Source: a virus
Lineage: Duplodnaviria > Caudoviricetes
Strand: one strand, 5' to 3'
Virus record (IMG/VR): IMGVR_UViG_3300043427_004567
Span: 1-57,783 of that record
DNA length: 57,783 nucleotides
Shown: positions 55,872-57,783 of the stretch, piece by piece
How the letters are laid out: each line of letters opens with the position of its first letter
Position numbering within the stretch: the stretch's first letter is position 1
Position numbers and translations under genes: made by a program
The notes under the pieces: model-generated
Database searches by the model: none
Told to the model about the DNA's origin: nothing
Seen by the model: only the letters and a program-made list of their open reading frames with translations

Positions 55872-57783
55872 ATGGCTAAATCATATTCTATAATTTCAAT
55901 TTCAACTGCGTCTCAAACAGTTGTGATAAGTGGTGATTATACTGAGCTTTTTATTAAGGATAACACCAGCACTTTCACGCTAGCCACAGAATTTGAAATT
56001 CAAAATAATTCATTTTCGTCAGCGAACAAAAAGTATAAAGTGTATGATTCAGCTTATTCGCCTCTCACTAATCGTACAACAGTTTATATTAAGCCAGAAG
56101 TAATTACTTCACCGTCAACGTCAACAACTGTGAGTGTGCCAGCGCTACCTACTGGCTCAAGTGACGGACCAAATCTTGGAAAGATAACAAACACCTCTGT
56201 GTATCTTTTTAATTTTAAACAAGATAGTTTTGTTGTATCTACAAATCAGACTGACACGGCATCTTCATCACTTTCAATTCCAGGCAGATATGTTTCAAAT
56301 TACGGTGAAGATGTACACCAAAACGTTTTGCGTTTAACTGAGTCATTTGCAGGAACTACTCCTCCAGAAAATTCTGCGTTTGGTCAATTATGGTTTGACA
56401 CAAGTGCAAATACTTTAAAAGTAAAAACAAACTCAACGGCAACTTGGCAGGCCATAACTGTTGGCATTACTGGCACAATGCAAATGTCTCAGGGCGGCAC
56501 TGGTGTAACATCAATCCCATCGGGATTCGTAACAAGCAATGGAACTACGCTATCGTCAACCACCACAGTTTCAACTTCATCAATAACTGGAGTATTACCA
56601 CTTAATAAAGGTGGCACGGGCAGAAGTGCTTGGCAAACCGGAATTATGAAACAAAGTGGTGGTAGTTTCACAACGACCAATTTAACTTCTGCTGAAGTGA
56701 CTACTGGTCTTGGATACACACCAGTTAATAAAGCTGGTGATACTATGACTGGCTTTTTGGTGTTGAATAATGATCCAACTGCTGAACTAGGAGCAGCCAC
56801 TAAAAAATATGTTGATTCAACAGATTATGTAAATTTTGATCCTTTAGCCGGTGTTCTTGAAGAAAATAACGTTCCAATCTATTCTGATTTTCAGTTTAGT
56901 CTTGGTGCACAATCGACACAAGCGTTTGGATTGACAGATGATCAAAATATTGAAATTGCATTTTTTCATGTAAACACGCCAGCCAATGTTGTCAGACCAT
57001 GGAGAGCTTATCGATTTACGCAAGATCAAGCTTTTATATTTGATTCATCCCCAATGTCAGTTTCATTCGAAGCTGCTGATGAATACATAAGCTCGATAAT
57101 GAACATTGGTTCACAGTTTGCGTATCTTGAATTAACTAACAGTTTAACTGCAGCAAAAAGGCGGGTTGTAGCAAAAACCGGTGGCAATAGCAAAAGTGCA
57201 AATTGGACATTATTTGCAGATGTGACATCGATAACGACTCGTTACACAAATATATTTCTTTTAGTTGATTCTGCCGGTGACAGAATACTTAGAACAACTC
57301 TAGTGCCAAATTCCAGTATTAGATTAGATGTATTTGATCAGTCTCTCACTTTACTGCGTGGACAAGACATTTACGTATCATCAGATGTTACTGATGTTGA
57401 TCAAACCGCCGCTGGAAGAACTCTACCAGCCCCATACAACAATAATACCTTCCAATTTGGTTATTTTCCGCCAAATTGTATGCCAGCATTTACTTGGAAT
57501 AAATTCACTGATAATCTTTTAATGGTTTACAGCGGCTATCATGTGTATACAACAAGTGACGGGGATAATATAGGACAGAACGTCGGATTAACAGTTTCCT
57601 GGAATATCCCAAAAACATGGTTTATTGATGGCACTGGAACACCGACCAATCTAGTTCCAGTTAAGTCTTCAGGTTTTAGATATCACAAGCTCCCAGATTC
57701 AACATGGGATACAAATGATGGCGGTGTAAGCACATTTGGCGGTGGCGTTGCTATTTCTGTGACCACTAATGAATTGTCAAAAA
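55872..57783 (+). CDS. Tail fibre protein (partial; runs off the window end; not in the ORF track)
   Basis: Open frame from MAKSYSIIS to the window end; GRYVSNYGE..HQNVLRLTESFA...P....GQLWFD, GGTG repeats, LGYTPVNKAGDTMTG and AATKKYVD. Confidence 0.88.
   Translation, partial: MAKSYSIISISTASQTVVISGDYTELFIKDNTSTFTLATEFEIQNNSFSSANKKYKVYDSAYSPLTNRTTVYIKPEVITSPSTSTTVSVPALPTGSSDGPNLGKITNTSVYLFNFKQDSFVVSTNQTDTASSSLSIPGRYVSNYGEDVHQNVLRLTESFAGTTPPENSAFGQLWFDTSANTLKVKTNSTATWQAITVGITGTMQMSQGGTGVTSIPSGFVTSNGTTLSSTTTVSTSSITGVLPLNKGGTGRSAWQTGIMKQSGGSFTTTNLTSAEVTTGLGYTPVNKAGDTMTGFLVLNNDPTAELGAATKKYVDSTDYVNFDPLAGVLEENNVPIYSDFQFSLGAQSTQAFGLTDDQNIEIAFFHVNTPANVVRPWRAYRFTQDQAFIFDSSPMSVSFEAADEYISSIMNIGSQFAYLELTNSLTAAKRRVVAKTGGNSKSANWTLFADVTSITTRYTNIFLLVDSAGDRILRTTLVPNSSIRLDVFDQSLTLLRGQDIYVSSDVTDVDQTAAGRTLPAPYNNNTFQFGYFPPNCMPAFTWNKFTDNLLMVYSGYHVYTTSDGDNIGQNVGLTVSWNIPKTWFIDGTGTPTNLVPVKSSGFRYHKLPDSTWDTNDGGVSTFGGGVAISVTTNELSK

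Noticed and set aside
56489-57522. Small ORFs listed at the right end (56489-56800, 56844-57029, 57328-57522)
   Set aside because: All lie within the long + strand tail fibre frame starting at 55872.
1-57783. Stop-codon reassignment as seen in some jumbo phages
   Set aside because: Core genes are full length in the standard code with dense coding; TAA, TGA and TAG all end genes.

Overview
This 57.8-kb window is a low-GC segment of a large T4-superfamily (probably jumbo) myophage genome that uses the standard genetic code. Most of it is the virion morphogenesis region. From left to right it holds: four + strand genes including a 2OG-Fe(II) oxygenase-fold protein; a long minus-strand late block (PAAR spike tip, M23+lytic transglycosylase hydrolase, two-component spanin, a family of paralogous fibre/decoration genes, a 3006-aa baseplate protein, gp6/gp25/gp5/hub/gp53/tube-initiator and a nucleotidyltransferase); the gp55-gp47-gp46 cluster; a GIY-YIG nuclease; a gp26/gp51-like pair divergent from a tape-measure-like gene; the head module (portal, protease, scaffold, major capsid); a Dps/ferritin-like gene; and a tail-fibre gene, absent from the ORF track, that runs off the right end. 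T4-type late promoters (TATAAATA and GATAAATA/AATAAATA variants) and intrinsic terminators are visible. The most notable observations are two correctly phased -1 slippery sites that would fuse adjacent ORFs, a seven-copy small beta domain shared by six putative fibre genes, an apparently catalytically dead 2OG-Fe(II) oxygenase, a late promoter embedded in a terminator arm upstream of the lysis genes, and a possible nuclease-less TnpB-like protein. All family assignments come from motif recognition only; no database searches were run.
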